Part shown: piece by piece, positions 48,798 to 57,936 of the stretch | Position numbering within the stretch: position 1 is the first letter of the stretch | Layout of the letters: each line of letters begins with the position of its first letter | Assembly (NCBI GenBank): GCA_965228475.1 | Contig: OZ245817.1 | Location: forward strand, 576,001-640,000 | Direction: 5' to 3' | Length of the DNA: 64,000 bases | Source: Myxococcota bacterium | Lineage (GTDB): Bacteria; Myxococcota_A; UBA9160; JAFDDA01 | The notes under the pieces: model-generated | What the model was told of the DNA's origin: nothing | The model's input: only the letters and a program-made list of their open reading frames with translations | Databases searched by the model: none | Translations under genes and position numbers: made by a program

Positions 48798-50459
48798 TCA
48801 GCCTGCCAGCAGGGCCCGCCCGACGACCTTGAGCTCGAGGATCGGCTTCACGCCCTCGAAGATCGGCAGCACCGTCGCGTCCACGACGTAGCGGCTGATC
48901 GGGTACTCCTCGGCGTAGCCCCAGCCGCCGTGCATGAGCTGACCCTGCTGGGTCACCTCGACGGCGATGTCGCAGGCCAGGAGCTTCGCCTGGGCCGCGA
49001 GGGGCGCCGCCGCACGCTCGTCTTCGTCGAAGGCGACCGCCGCGGCGTAGGTGATGGCGCGTGCGCCGGCGAGCCGGGTGGCCATCCGCCCGAGGGTGTA
49101 CTCCGTGAGCTGGAAATCGCCGATCGACTGGCCGAACTGGTTGCGGTCGACGACGTACTCGGCCGTCTTCTCGAGCGCCGCCTGGGCCAGGCCGCAGGCG
49201 CGGCCGCCGGTCTGGAGACGCCCGGCCGCGAAGCCCGCCATCTGGAGGTAGAAGCCGCGCCCTTCACCCTTCTCCATGCCGACGAGGTTCGCCGCCGGCA
49301 CGAAGTAGTTCTCGAGGTTGAGCGTGAAGGAGTGCATGCCGCGGTAGCCCGGCGTGGCATCGGCCTTGCCGACCATGCGCCCGCCGCCCGGCTGCTTCAT
49401 CTCGAAGTCGTGGCCGTCGAAGGAATCCTTCGGGACGATGAAGAGCGAGAGCCCCTTCTGCCCCTTGGCCGGGTCCGGGTCGGTTCGGGCGAGCAGCGCG
49501 AGGGCGTTCGCGCGCCCCGCGAAGGTGCACCAGGACTTCGGCCCGTTGATCACCCAGCCCTCTTCGCCGTCGACGGTGGCGCGTTCGGCGCGGCACTTGA
49601 GCGAGGCGACGTCGCTGCCGATGTCGGGCTCCGTCACGGAGACGCCGACCATGACTTCGCCGCCCGCGATGCGCGGGAGCCATTCCTTCTTCTGTTCTTC
49701 GGTGCCGCCCTGGAGGAGCGCCTTGGCGAGGATCTCGGGGCGCGTGATCAGGGAGCCCGCGGCGGCGAGGGAGGCGCGCGAAAGCTCCTCCGTCGTCAGG
49801 ATCATCGCGAGGTTGCCCATCTCGAACCCGCCGTACTCCTCGGGCACCGAGAGCCCGAAGTACCCGAGCTCGGCCATCTTGGAGATGAAGCTCTCGGGGA
49901 CGAGGTCGTCGTTCCGGTGGATGCGCTCGGCTTCGGGGTAGACCTCCGCGTCGCCGAATTCGCGCACGGAGTCGCGCACCTGCTCGTGCATTTCGTCGAG
50001 GGGCCAGTCGATCTTGCCGCGGGCGTCGATCACCTGGCGGCCGATGGCGCGCAGCACCGATTCGTGGGCCGCGCGGCGCACGCGCTTGCGGTCGGCGGCG
50101 GAGAAGGCGTTCTCGAGGTCGTCCTCGGAGAGGCCGAGGTCCTCGATCGACCAGGCCAGCCGGTCGCGCACGCTGCCGGCGAGGTTCGCGGCTTCCACCG
50201 CGGCGATGGTCTCGAGCAGTTCGTTCGAGCGGCCTTCCGCGCGGAGGCCTTCGACGTAGGCGACGAGATCCCGGGCCGCGCGCGCTTCCGTCGCGGCGTA
50301 GGCGACGCGCTCGACGAGCACCTGGTGGTCGTCGATCCCGCGGCCGCCTTCGGTGAGGGAGCCCGCCTTTTCGAGGGCGGAGGCGACGAGACGCTCGGCG
50401 GCTTCGACGAGAGAGGTGCCGTCGGCGAGGGTGGGGTGGGGGATGGCAGAGGCGCTCAT
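48798..50459 (-). CDS. acyl-CoA dehydrogenase with N-terminal extension (methylsuccinyl-CoA dehydrogenase-like)
   Basis: TEPDIGSD, INGPKSW, GYRGM, HGGWGYAEEY, IFEG. Confidence 0.9.
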   Translation of the reverse strand: MSASAIPHPTLADGTSLVEAAERLVASALEKAGSLTEGGRGIDDHQVLVERVAYAATEARAARDLVAYVEGLRAEGRSNELLETIAAVEAANLAGSVRDRLAWSIEDLGLSEDDLENAFSAADRKRVRRAAHESVLRAIGRQVIDARGKIDWPLDEMHEQVRDSVREFGDAEVYPEAERIHRNDDLVPESFISKMAELGYFGLSVPEEYGGFEMGNLAMILTTEELSRASLAAAGSLITRPEILAKALLQGGTEEQKKEWLPRIAGGEVMVGVSVTEPDIGSDVASLKCRAERATVDGEEGWVINGPKSWCTFAGRANALALLARTDPDPAKGQKGLSLFIVPKDSFDGHDFEMKQPGGGRMVGKADATPGYRGMHSFTLNLENYFVPAANLVGMEKGEGRGFYLQMAGFAAGRLQTGGRACGLAQAALEKTAEYVVDRNQFGQSIGDFQLTEYTLGRMATRLAGARAITYAAAVAFDEDERAAAPLAAQAKLLACDIAVEVTQQGQLMHGGWGYAEEYPISRYVVDATVLPIFEGVKPILELKVVGRALLAG

Positions 50460-50618
50460 GGGGTTCGAACCTCCTGGGGACCGGGCTTGCAAGTCTTCGG
50501 ACTAGCTGATGTTTTGTGGCGTCCGCCCGGCGTGCCGTCGCGGATGCCGTTAGCATAGCGCGAGAGCCGTCGGCGTCCCCTTCCGGCGACGTTCCGTTTC
50601 GGCGACCCAGGAGGACTC

Positions 50619-51002
50619 ATGGAACTCGCCCGGTACTGGATTCTCGTCGTCGCGGTGGTGGCAACCGGCTGTGGCAACCCCGCGCCGGCCCAGGCCAATG
50701 GCTTCGCGGACGACCGCAAGGTCATCCAGGTCACCTCGAGCAACGTGGAGGGGAAGAACATCTACATCCCCGGCACGATCGTCGTGACCGAGGGGAAGGG
50801 CCAGTCGCTGTCCATCTACAACACGACGGACGTGCCCCATGGCTTCTCGATCGCGGGGATCGGCGTGCAGGAGATCCTTCCCCCGAAGACCGAGCACGTG
50901 GTGGCGCTGCCGGACGTGAAGGGCGGCAACGTCTACCACATCCACTGCCACCTCCATCCGGCGCACCGGACGGGGACGCTGCTGGTCCTGCCGGGGAGCT
51001 AG
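50619..51002 (+). CDS. cupredoxin lipoprotein, nitrosocyanin-like
   Basis: Lipobox ATG-C; PGTIVV.EG, HGFSI, CHLHPAH..GTL.V; SD AGGAGG. Confidence 0.8.
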   Translation: MELARYWILVVAVVATGCGNPAPAQANGFADDRKVIQVTSSNVEGKNIYIPGTIVVTEGKGQSLSIYNTTDVPHGFSIAGIGVQEILPPKTEHVVALPDVKGGNVYHIHCHLHPAHRTGTLLVLPGS

Positions 51003-51005
51003 ACC

Positions 51006-51782
51006 TCAGGCGCTCGCTTCGAGGAAGTCCGCGAGGTGCTCGACGAGGGCCGGCGCGCCGAAGACGAGCCCGACCTTGCCGGGTTTCGGATACGCCAGCG
51101 TGACGCAGCTTCCGCCGGCCTCGGGGACGAGGACCTGGGTCGCCGCGGCATCCCACGGGTTCAGGCAGAGATCGACCATGGCATCGACGCCGCCCCCGAG
51201 CACCTGGGCGTGACCGAAGGCGTCCGTGTACCCGCGCAGGACCGGCAGCTCGCGCGCCATGCGCTCCCAGGCCGCGCGCTCGCCGCACAGATCGAAGGCG
51301 AAGGGGTCGCCGTGGGAGACCAGGGCGCGCTTCGGGTCGGTCGCCTGGGAGCAGCGCACGGGCTCGCCGTTGCGCAGGCACCCGCCCCCGCGGTGGCCGA
51401 CGTAGCGTTCGTCGAGCATCGGCAGGTCGATCAGGCCGAGGATCGGTTCGCCGTCCTCGAGCAGGGCGATCAGCGTGGAGGCCAGGGGGATGCCCCGGGC
51501 GAAGCCGATCGTCCCGTCGATCGGGTCGATCAGCCAGGCCAGGCCTTCTTCGGCCGAGCCGTCCGCGCCGAACTCCTCGCCGACGCGTGAGATCTCCGGG
51601 AAGGCTTCCTGCAGGACGCCGCGGATCGCCCGTTCGGCGGCGCGGTCGGCCTCCGTCACCGGGGATCCGTCGGACTTGGTCTCGGTGGCGACGGATCGGA
51701 AGCGCGGCAGGATCTCCTTGCGCGCGGCGTCGGCGGCGGCGCCGGCGGCGCGGGCGGCCGCTTCGAGATCGAGGGGAGGCAT
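51006..51782 (-). CDS. hisN: inositol monophosphatase family, histidinol-phosphatase-like
   Basis: KSDGSPVTEADR, GEE, WLIDPIDGT, PWDAAA. Confidence 0.75.
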   Translation of the reverse strand: MPPLDLEAAARAAGAAADAARKEILPRFRSVATETKSDGSPVTEADRAAERAIRGVLQEAFPEISRVGEEFGADGSAEEGLAWLIDPIDGTIGFARGIPLASTLIALLEDGEPILGLIDLPMLDERYVGHRGGGCLRNGEPVRCSQATDPKRALVSHGDPFAFDLCGERAAWERMARELPVLRGYTDAFGHAQVLGGGVDAMVDLCLNPWDAAATQVLVPEAGGSCVTLAYPKPGKVGLVFGAPALVEHLADFLEASA

Positions 51783-51848
51783 CGGCGTAGGATATCATCG
51801 GCCGCCCGGGGCGCCGCGGACCGCCGGCTCCCGCGCAGTGGAGGTTCG

Positions 51849-52733
51849 ATGACGACGCTGGCCGAACGCCTGGGCTTTTCTGCAACGGACACCCTCGCCG
51901 TCGTGCACGTCGACGATCTCGGCATGTGCCACGCCGCGAACGTGGGGGGGTTCGAAGCGCTCGAGAACGGGCCGGCCACGTGCGGCAGCATCATGGTGCC
52001 GTGTCCGTGGTTCCAGGAGGCCGCGGACCGCGCGCGGGCCAACCCGGGGCTCGACCTCGGCGTCCACCTCACCCTGAACGCCGAGTGGCCGCACTATCGC
52101 TGGGGTCCCGTGGCGGGCCGGCGCGCGGTCCCCTCCCTGCTCGACGACCAGGGCTTTCTGCCGCGCACCTCGCTCGAGACCGCCCAACGCGCGAAGCCCG
52201 AAGAGGTGGAGATCGAGCTGCGCGCCCAGATCGAGGCGGCGCTCGCGGCCGGCGTCGACGTGACCCACATCGATGCCCACATGGGCACGGCCTTCTTCCC
52301 GCCCTTCGTCGACATCTACGGGAAGCTCGCGTGCGAGTACCGGCTCGCGGTGTTCGCGGTGCGGCCTTCCGCCGCGGCCGTCGAGCGCGTGGGGGGCGGC
52401 CTCGGCAAGCTCATGGAGGTGCTCGACGAGGTCGAAGCGGCGGGGATCCCGATGCTCGACCACTTCTGTGCGGACTCGCTCGGTTTCGCCGAGGGGCGCG
52501 GACAGAGCCACAACGAGAAGCGGCTGGCCAAGCTCGAGACCGGTGTGAACTACGTGATCTGCCATCCCGCGGCCGGTGGGGAGGAGCTCACCGCCGTGAC
52601 GCCGGACTCCGCCCATGCGCGCGAGTTCGAACGGACCTTCTACGGGGGCGACGCCGGGCGCAGCGCCCTCGAGCGGGCGGGCGTGAAGACGGTCGGCATG
52701 CGCGAGATCCGAGATCTCGTCCGCGCGGCCTAG
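51849..52733 (+). CDS. YdjC/ChbG-family carbohydrate deacetylase
   Basis: HVDDLG, GVHLTL, THIDAHMG, CHP. Confidence 0.88.
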   Translation: MTTLAERLGFSATDTLAVVHVDDLGMCHAANVGGFEALENGPATCGSIMVPCPWFQEAADRARANPGLDLGVHLTLNAEWPHYRWGPVAGRRAVPSLLDDQGFLPRTSLETAQRAKPEEVEIELRAQIEAALAAGVDVTHIDAHMGTAFFPPFVDIYGKLACEYRLAVFAVRPSAAAVERVGGGLGKLMEVLDEVEAAGIPMLDHFCADSLGFAEGRGQSHNEKRLAKLETGVNYVICHPAAGGEELTAVTPDSAHAREFERTFYGGDAGRSALERAGVKTVGMREIRDLVRAA

Positions 52734-52764
52734 CGCCGCAAAGCCATCGGATCGAGGTCGCCGG

Positions 52765-53547
52765 GTGCAGCCCGAACTCCACGTCGAAGTCCACGGCCAG
52801 GGGCCCGCGGTCGTCCTGGCCCACGGCTTCGGCGGCAGCGCGCGCAACTGGCGCCCGCAGATCCGCGCGTTGAAGGACGCGTACCGGGTGGTCGTCTACG
52901 ACGCGGTCGGCCACGCCCGGAGCCAGGCGCCCGAGCATTCCGAGGCGTACCTCCCCGACGGCCTCGCCAAGGATCTCGGTCGCATCGCCCAGGAGCACGC
53001 GGGGGAGGGTCTCCCGGTCGTCGGAGGCCTTTCGATGGGAGCGGGTGCCGCCCTGCGCCACGCGCTCGGCTCGCCCGAGGCGGTCCGGGCGCTCGTGCTG
53101 ATGGCCCCGCCTCCGGGCCGGAACCCCGAGGTCGAGCGCGGCTGGGCGCGGGACTTCGCCGCGGCGATCGAACACGACGGCCTCGACGCCGCCGGCGACC
53201 GCTACGCCTGGGGCGAGCGGGCCGGCGTCGACCCCGCGAGCGGCCGGCTGGTGCGCCAGGGTTTCCTCGAGCATCCACCCCACGCCCTCGTGCATCTCCT
53301 GCGCAACGTGCTCGACGCCTGGCCCTCCGCAGCGGATCGGGAAGCCGAGCTGCGTGCCTTCGACAAGCCGGTGCTGCTCGTGGTCGGCGAGCACGACCGG
53401 CTCTCGAGGGGCGAAGCGGAAGCCCTCGCGGCGCGCCTTCCGGACGCACGCCTCGAGGTCGCGCCGGGCGCGGGCCACGTCGTGAACCTCGCCGCCCGCG
53501 ACTTCACCAACGACGCGTTGCGGAGCTTCCTCGACGGACTCGGCTAG
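52765..53547 (+). CDS. alpha/beta hydrolase
   Basis: HGFGG, GLSMG nucleophile elbow, GEHD, AGH. Confidence 0.88.
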   Translation: MQPELHVEVHGQGPAVVLAHGFGGSARNWRPQIRALKDAYRVVVYDAVGHARSQAPEHSEAYLPDGLAKDLGRIAQEHAGEGLPVVGGLSMGAGAALRHALGSPEAVRALVLMAPPPGRNPEVERGWARDFAAAIEHDGLDAAGDRYAWGERAGVDPASGRLVRQGFLEHPPHALVHLLRNVLDAWPSAADREAELRAFDKPVLLVVGEHDRLSRGEAEALAARLPDARLEVAPGAGHVVNLAARDFTNDALRSFLDGLG

Positions 53548-53565
53548 GGCTCGTCGAGGACCTGG

Positions 53566-53790
53566 CTAGGACTCGCCGCGCAGGGGCGTCACGTGCCCCC
53601 GCTGCCACCAGGTCTGGCCCTGGATCCAGGCGTCGGCGCGCTGCTGCATCACGGGGCTCTCCGAGAGCAGCACGCGGAGCTCGAGGCTCGGGACGTCGAC
53701 GAGGCACGACTCCACCCAGTTCTGATCGCACAGGCGCGCGTAGGCCTGGTGGAGGTCGGCGGGATTGCGGAATTTCATTCGGCGCGACAT
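53566..53790 (-). CDS. small hypothetical protein (74 aa)
   Basis: SD GAGGGG; non-shadow composition; fills the intergenic space. Confidence 0.55.
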   Translation of the reverse strand: MSRRMKFRNPADLHQAYARLCDQNWVESCLVDVPSLELRVLLSESPVMQQRADAWIQGQTWWQRGHVTPLRGES

Positions 53791-53881
53791 GAAGGCCCCT
53801 CATCGGTCGGTAGGCTCGAAAACCCAAGTGACGAGATCACGGCAGTCGTGAAGCTTTTTGGCGCCACGCGTCCTCCCGGTG

Positions 53882-54778
53882 TCACGGCTCGCCCGAGCGG
53901 ACCGTGAGGAGCGAGATCTCCGGCACCACCCGGAATCGGACCGGCAGGATGCTCGTGCCGAGCCCCGGGCTCACGAAGAGATCGCGCCCCTGCTCGCGGA
54001 CGTGGCCGATGGCGAAGCGCTCCCCGTAGGCCGAGGGCACGACGGGCCGCCCGAGCCCGGGGAGCGCCACCTGGCCGCCGTGGGTATGCCCCGCGATCAC
54101 GAGCGTGATGCGCTCCGGGAGCTCCGGGAAGAGGTCCGGGTTGTGGGTGAAGGCGAGGATCGGGGCGTCCTCGGGGACGTCCGCGAGGGCCTTGGCGACG
54201 TCGTGGGGGCCTTCCTCGAAGTCGCTGATTCCGACCAGCCACAGGCCGCATTCCGGAGCGAGCAGCGTGCCCCGATCCTCGAGCAGAGGGATGCTCTCTG
54301 CTTCGAAGGCCGCCGTGACCGTCTCCGACCCGAGCCACCAGTCGTGGTTGCCGAGGACGGCGTGGATGCCGAGCGGCGCGCGGAGTCGCGCGAGCCTCTT
54401 CGCCACGTCCGCCGGAGCGACGAAGCGCCCGCCGAGCACCCCGTGGATCACGAAGTCTCCGGGCAGGAGCGTCACGTCCGGCCGGGCGGCGTTGGTCCGT
54501 TCGACGATGCGGTCGAGCTTGGCGAGCCCGTTCCAGGGCGAGCCGGTGTGGAGGTCCGCGAGCACGGCGATGCGCAGGCCGTCGCACGCCGCGGGCCAGC
54601 CCTCGACGGTGATCGTGTGCTCGACGACCTCGAGAGCCGCAGGCTCCCACGCGAAGGCGCGGACTGCGAGCGCGAAGCCGATCGCCGCGACGAGCCCCGC
54701 GGCGGCGAAGACGGTGCGCAGCCCTCGAGGCCGGCGTTCGCGCCTGCGCCTCGGTCGTGTTTCATCGAGTGAGATCAC
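53882..54778 (-). CDS. membrane-anchored metallophosphoesterase (YkuE/YaeI-like)
   Basis: DLH, GDF, GNHD, HNPD, GHTHGGQ; start uncertain. Confidence 0.9.
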   Translation of the reverse strand: MISLDETRPRRRRERRPRGLRTVFAAAGLVAAIGFALAVRAFAWEPAALEVVEHTITVEGWPAACDGLRIAVLADLHTGSPWNGLAKLDRIVERTNAARPDVTLLPGDFVIHGVLGGRFVAPADVAKRLARLRAPLGIHAVLGNHDWWLGSETVTAAFEAESIPLLEDRGTLLAPECGLWLVGISDFEEGPHDVAKALADVPEDAPILAFTHNPDLFPELPERITLVIAGHTHGGQVALPGLGRPVVPSAYGERFAIGHVREQGRDLFVSPGLGTSILPVRFRVVPEISLLTVRSGEP

Positions 54779-54818
54779 CGGGAATGGAAACCGGTGTGGC
54801 GGACCCGGTTCCGTGGGT

Positions 54819-55139
54819 TCAGGCGCCCCGGGCGGCGTCGGCCAGGCCGCGCAGCCGCTCGAAGGGGTAGATGCCGCTCTCGTGCCCGTCGCTCCAGGCG
54901 ATCTGGATGGCGTAGCGGCCGACGGCTTCGATCTTCCGCGGGACGACGTCCTCGGGCACGCCCTTCGGGTCGAGCCGCTCCTCGCCCGTCCACTCGTCGA
55001 CGCACACCGCGCATGCGCAGGCGAGACGCAGCGCGCGCACGTCGAAGACGGTTTCGCGCCCGTCCGCCCAGACGATGGCGAGCCCGCGCGGGCCTTCCTG
55101 GCGGATCTCGGTGGGGAGGAAGCGCTGGTCCTCGGCCAT
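54819..55139 (-). CDS. DUF971 (GBBH-like N-terminal) protein
   Basis: LRLACACAVC, VGRYAIQIAWSDGHESGIY. Confidence 0.9.
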   Translation of the reverse strand: MAEDQRFLPTEIRQEGPRGLAIVWADGRETVFDVRALRLACACAVCVDEWTGEERLDPKGVPEDVVPRKIEAVGRYAIQIAWSDGHESGIYPFERLRGLADAARGA

Positions 55140-55207
55140 GGCGGGAGCATAGCCGCGCGTGGCACCCGAGGGGGTCAAGCGCCGAGGCCGCGCTACGCTG
55201 CCTCGCC

Positions 55208-55891
55208 ATGAGCCAGAACCAAGACGCGATCTCCATTCTCGGCGGAACCGGCGACCAGGGCCTCGGCCTCGCGCTGCGCTTCGCGAAGGCCGGCCGTCCG
55301 GTCGTGATCGGCAGCCGCAAGGCCGACCGGGCCGAGCAGGCCGCCAAGGAAGTCCTCGAGAAGGTGCCGGGTGCCGACGTCACCGGCTTCGAGAACGCCG
55401 AGGCGACGAAGCGTGCCCCGGTCGTGATCCTCTCGGTGCCCTTCGAGCACACGGCGAGCACCGTGAAGGGGCTGAAGGACGTCCTCGAGGCGGGCCAGAT
55501 CGTCGTCTCGATGGCGGTCCCCCTCGCGACGGCCGTCGGCGACGGACCGATGCGGATGGTCGGCGTGTGGCAGGGCTCCGCGGCGGAGATGGTGGAAGGC
55601 CTCGTCCCGGCCGGCGTCGGCGTCGTCTCGGCCTTCCAGAACGTTCCGGCGCACCGGCTGATGGAGCTCGACGAAGAGGTCGATTGCGACGTCGTCGTCT
55701 CCGGAAAGCCCAAGGATCGCGAGCCCGTGATCGCGCTCTGCGAACTCATCCCCGGCATCCGCGCGCTGAACGGCGGGCCGCTCGGGAACGCGCGCATCGT
55801 CGAGGCCATGACCGCGCTCATGATCGGCCTGAACGTCCGCTACAAGGTCCCCGAGGGCTGCGGCGTCCGCTTCACGGGCCTGCCTCGCTAG
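55208..55891 (+). CDS. npdG: NADPH-dependent F420 reductase
   Basis: GGTGDQGLGLA, IGSR, GSAAE, SAFQNV, NARIVEAMT..LNVRY. Confidence 0.9.
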   Translation: MSQNQDAISILGGTGDQGLGLALRFAKAGRPVVIGSRKADRAEQAAKEVLEKVPGADVTGFENAEATKRAPVVILSVPFEHTASTVKGLKDVLEAGQIVVSMAVPLATAVGDGPMRMVGVWQGSAAEMVEGLVPAGVGVVSAFQNVPAHRLMELDEEVDCDVVVSGKPKDREPVIALCELIPGIRALNGGPLGNARIVEAMTALMIGLNVRYKVPEGCGVRFTGLPR

Positions 55892-55898
55892 CGCGAGC

Positions 55899-56759
55899 AT
55901 GGAGGCCCTGACGACGGAGGGCGGGCGGCGCTGCGCGGTATGCGAGCAGGGCGACTGCGAGCCGCACCTCGACCTGGCCGACTTCGTCCTCTTCCACTGC
56001 GGCGCGTGCGGGAGCTTCACAAGCGACGCGGAGCACCGCGGCGCCTCCACTTCCTTCGAGCCGACCGCCTACTTCGAGAACCCGCGCGCCGACGAGTGGC
56101 GCTGGAAGGACCTGCTCGCGCGCCGCGCGAAGGCCGGCCTCGCGACGCGCTCCGTCCTCGACGTCGGCTGCGGCAACGGCGCCTTCCTCGGCTTCGTGCG
56201 CGAGCAGCACCCCGACGCGAGCCGCGCCGGCATCGAGATCGATGCGGGCCGCGCCGACGAGGCCATGGCGCGCGATCCCGGGGCGCGCATCGCCACGGGG
56301 GATGCGCTGGGAGCCCTCTCGGAGATCGGAAGCGGCTTCGACCTCATCACCCTGTGGGACGTCTTCGAGCACGTCCGCGCGCCCGGGCGTCTGCTGACGG
56401 CGCTGGCCGAGCGGCTCGCACCCGGCGGATGGATCTACGTGCAGACCGTCCACGAGAACAGCCTCGTGCCCGCGGCTGGCCGCGCCGTCTATCGTGCTAC
56501 GGGCGGCCGCGTCACCGCGGTGGCCCGCCGCACCCACGAGGCGCACCACCTTTCCTTCTTCTCGCGGCGGGCTCTCGACACGATCACGGCGAAGGCGGGC
56601 CTGCGGGCGCGCGAGCGCTGGTGGGGCCGGCTCGACCGGGCGCGCATGGACGGGCCGGCCTGGCTCACCGCCGCGACGGCGACGGTGCTCTGGGCGGAGA
56701 ACCAGCTCGGCAACGGGCTGTTCGTGAATCTCGTCCTGGAGCGCGATCCGGGCCGCTGA
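55899..56759 (+). CDS. class I SAM methyltransferase with N-terminal Cys4 zinc-binding segment
   Basis: CAVC...CGAC, VLDVGCGNG, WDVFEH. Confidence 0.88.
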   Translation: MEALTTEGGRRCAVCEQGDCEPHLDLADFVLFHCGACGSFTSDAEHRGASTSFEPTAYFENPRADEWRWKDLLARRAKAGLATRSVLDVGCGNGAFLGFVREQHPDASRAGIEIDAGRADEAMARDPGARIATGDALGALSEIGSGFDLITLWDVFEHVRAPGRLLTALAERLAPGGWIYVQTVHENSLVPAAGRAVYRATGGRVTAVARRTHEAHHLSFFSRRALDTITAKAGLRARERWWGRLDRARMDGPAWLTAATATVLWAENQLGNGLFVNLVLERDPGR

Positions 56760-56768
56760 ATCCGCCAG

Positions 56769-57734
56769 CTAGTGCCGGTCGCGCAGGTGGTGCTTCCAGA
56801 TCTCGATCGATTCCTGGTGCAGCTTCGCGATGGTGTCGAGGATCAGGCCCGCGGTCAGCGCGACGAGTGAGAGCACCGCGAGCGCGGCCGCCAGGATCGC
56901 CCGCGGCACGTGATACACGTACTGGTGTTCGACGTAGTCGAGCACCGGCGCGCTCCCGACGCTGAGCGAGGCGATCGCCAGCACCGCCGAGAGCAGCCCG
57001 AAGAACAGCAGCGGCTTGTAGTCCTTGAACAGCAGGAACATGCAGCGGAGGATCAGCAGGCTGTCGCTCGCCGTGTTGAGCTTCGATTCGCTTCCGGTCG
57101 GGCGGTCCCGGTAGGGCACGGGCATCTCGGCGACGGCGAGCCGCTTCGAGAGCGCCTGGAGCGTGAGCTCGGTTTCCACCTCGAAGCCGCGCGTGCGCAG
57201 GCGGACGATCCGCATGAGGTTGCGCGAGAGCACGCGGTAGCCCGAGAGGACGTCGTGGCAGTCCGCGCGGAAGACCCACCGGATCACGCCCGAGAGCAGA
57301 TGGTTGCCGACCAGGTTGAAGGGGCGGAAGGAGTCGTCGGTGAAGTCGTCGAGCCGCGTTCCGACCAGCATGTCGAGGCGGTCCCGGTGGAAACGCTCGA
57401 GCAGGGCGGGGGCGGATTCGGCGGGGTAGGTGTCGTCGCCGTCCACCACGATGTAGACGTCGGCATCGACCGCGTCCGAGATGTGGCGCAGGACGTTGCC
57501 CTTGCCCCGCACCGGAGAGAGGACGACCTCGGCGCCGGCCTCGCGGGCGACCTCGGCGGTGCGGTCGGTCGAGGCATTGTCGAAGACGTAGACCGTCGCT
57601 TCGGGCAGGGCCGCGCGGAAGTCGCGGACGACCTTGCCGATGGTCACCTCCTCGTTCAGGCAGGGGACGACGACGGCGACGTGAGGGGACGCTTCGGCTT
57701 CCAGGGTGTCGCGTTGCAGGTTTCCGTGTTGCAC
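56769..57734 (-). CDS. GT2 polyprenyl-phosphate glycosyltransferase (DPM1-like) with 2 C-terminal TMs
   Basis: VPCLNE, FDNASTD, GKG, VDGDDTY, SGYR, FEVETE. Confidence 0.9.
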   Translation of the reverse strand: MQHGNLQRDTLEAEASPHVAVVVPCLNEEVTIGKVVRDFRAALPEATVYVFDNASTDRTAEVAREAGAEVVLSPVRGKGNVLRHISDAVDADVYIVVDGDDTYPAESAPALLERFHRDRLDMLVGTRLDDFTDDSFRPFNLVGNHLLSGVIRWVFRADCHDVLSGYRVLSRNLMRIVRLRTRGFEVETELTLQALSKRLAVAEMPVPYRDRPTGSESKLNTASDSLLILRCMFLLFKDYKPLLFFGLLSAVLAIASLSVGSAPVLDYVEHQYVYHVPRAILAAALAVLSLVALTAGLILDTIAKLHQESIEIWKHHLRDRH

Positions 57735-57936
57735 GAATCACCCTTCGAGAAAGCACTCGAGACTCGGTCCCGGCGGCGAGGCCCGTCCGGTGCGGCGGCC
57801 AAGGTACCACGGGCCGGGCCCTCCGAGCCCGTGCCGGCGCTCCTTCGCCCGCCCGCCGCGCACCCCGAACGCAACCCTTCGGCAACCCCGAAGATCTCTT
57901 GACCCGGCCCTTCGGCTGGTGAACCGTAGCCCGCGC

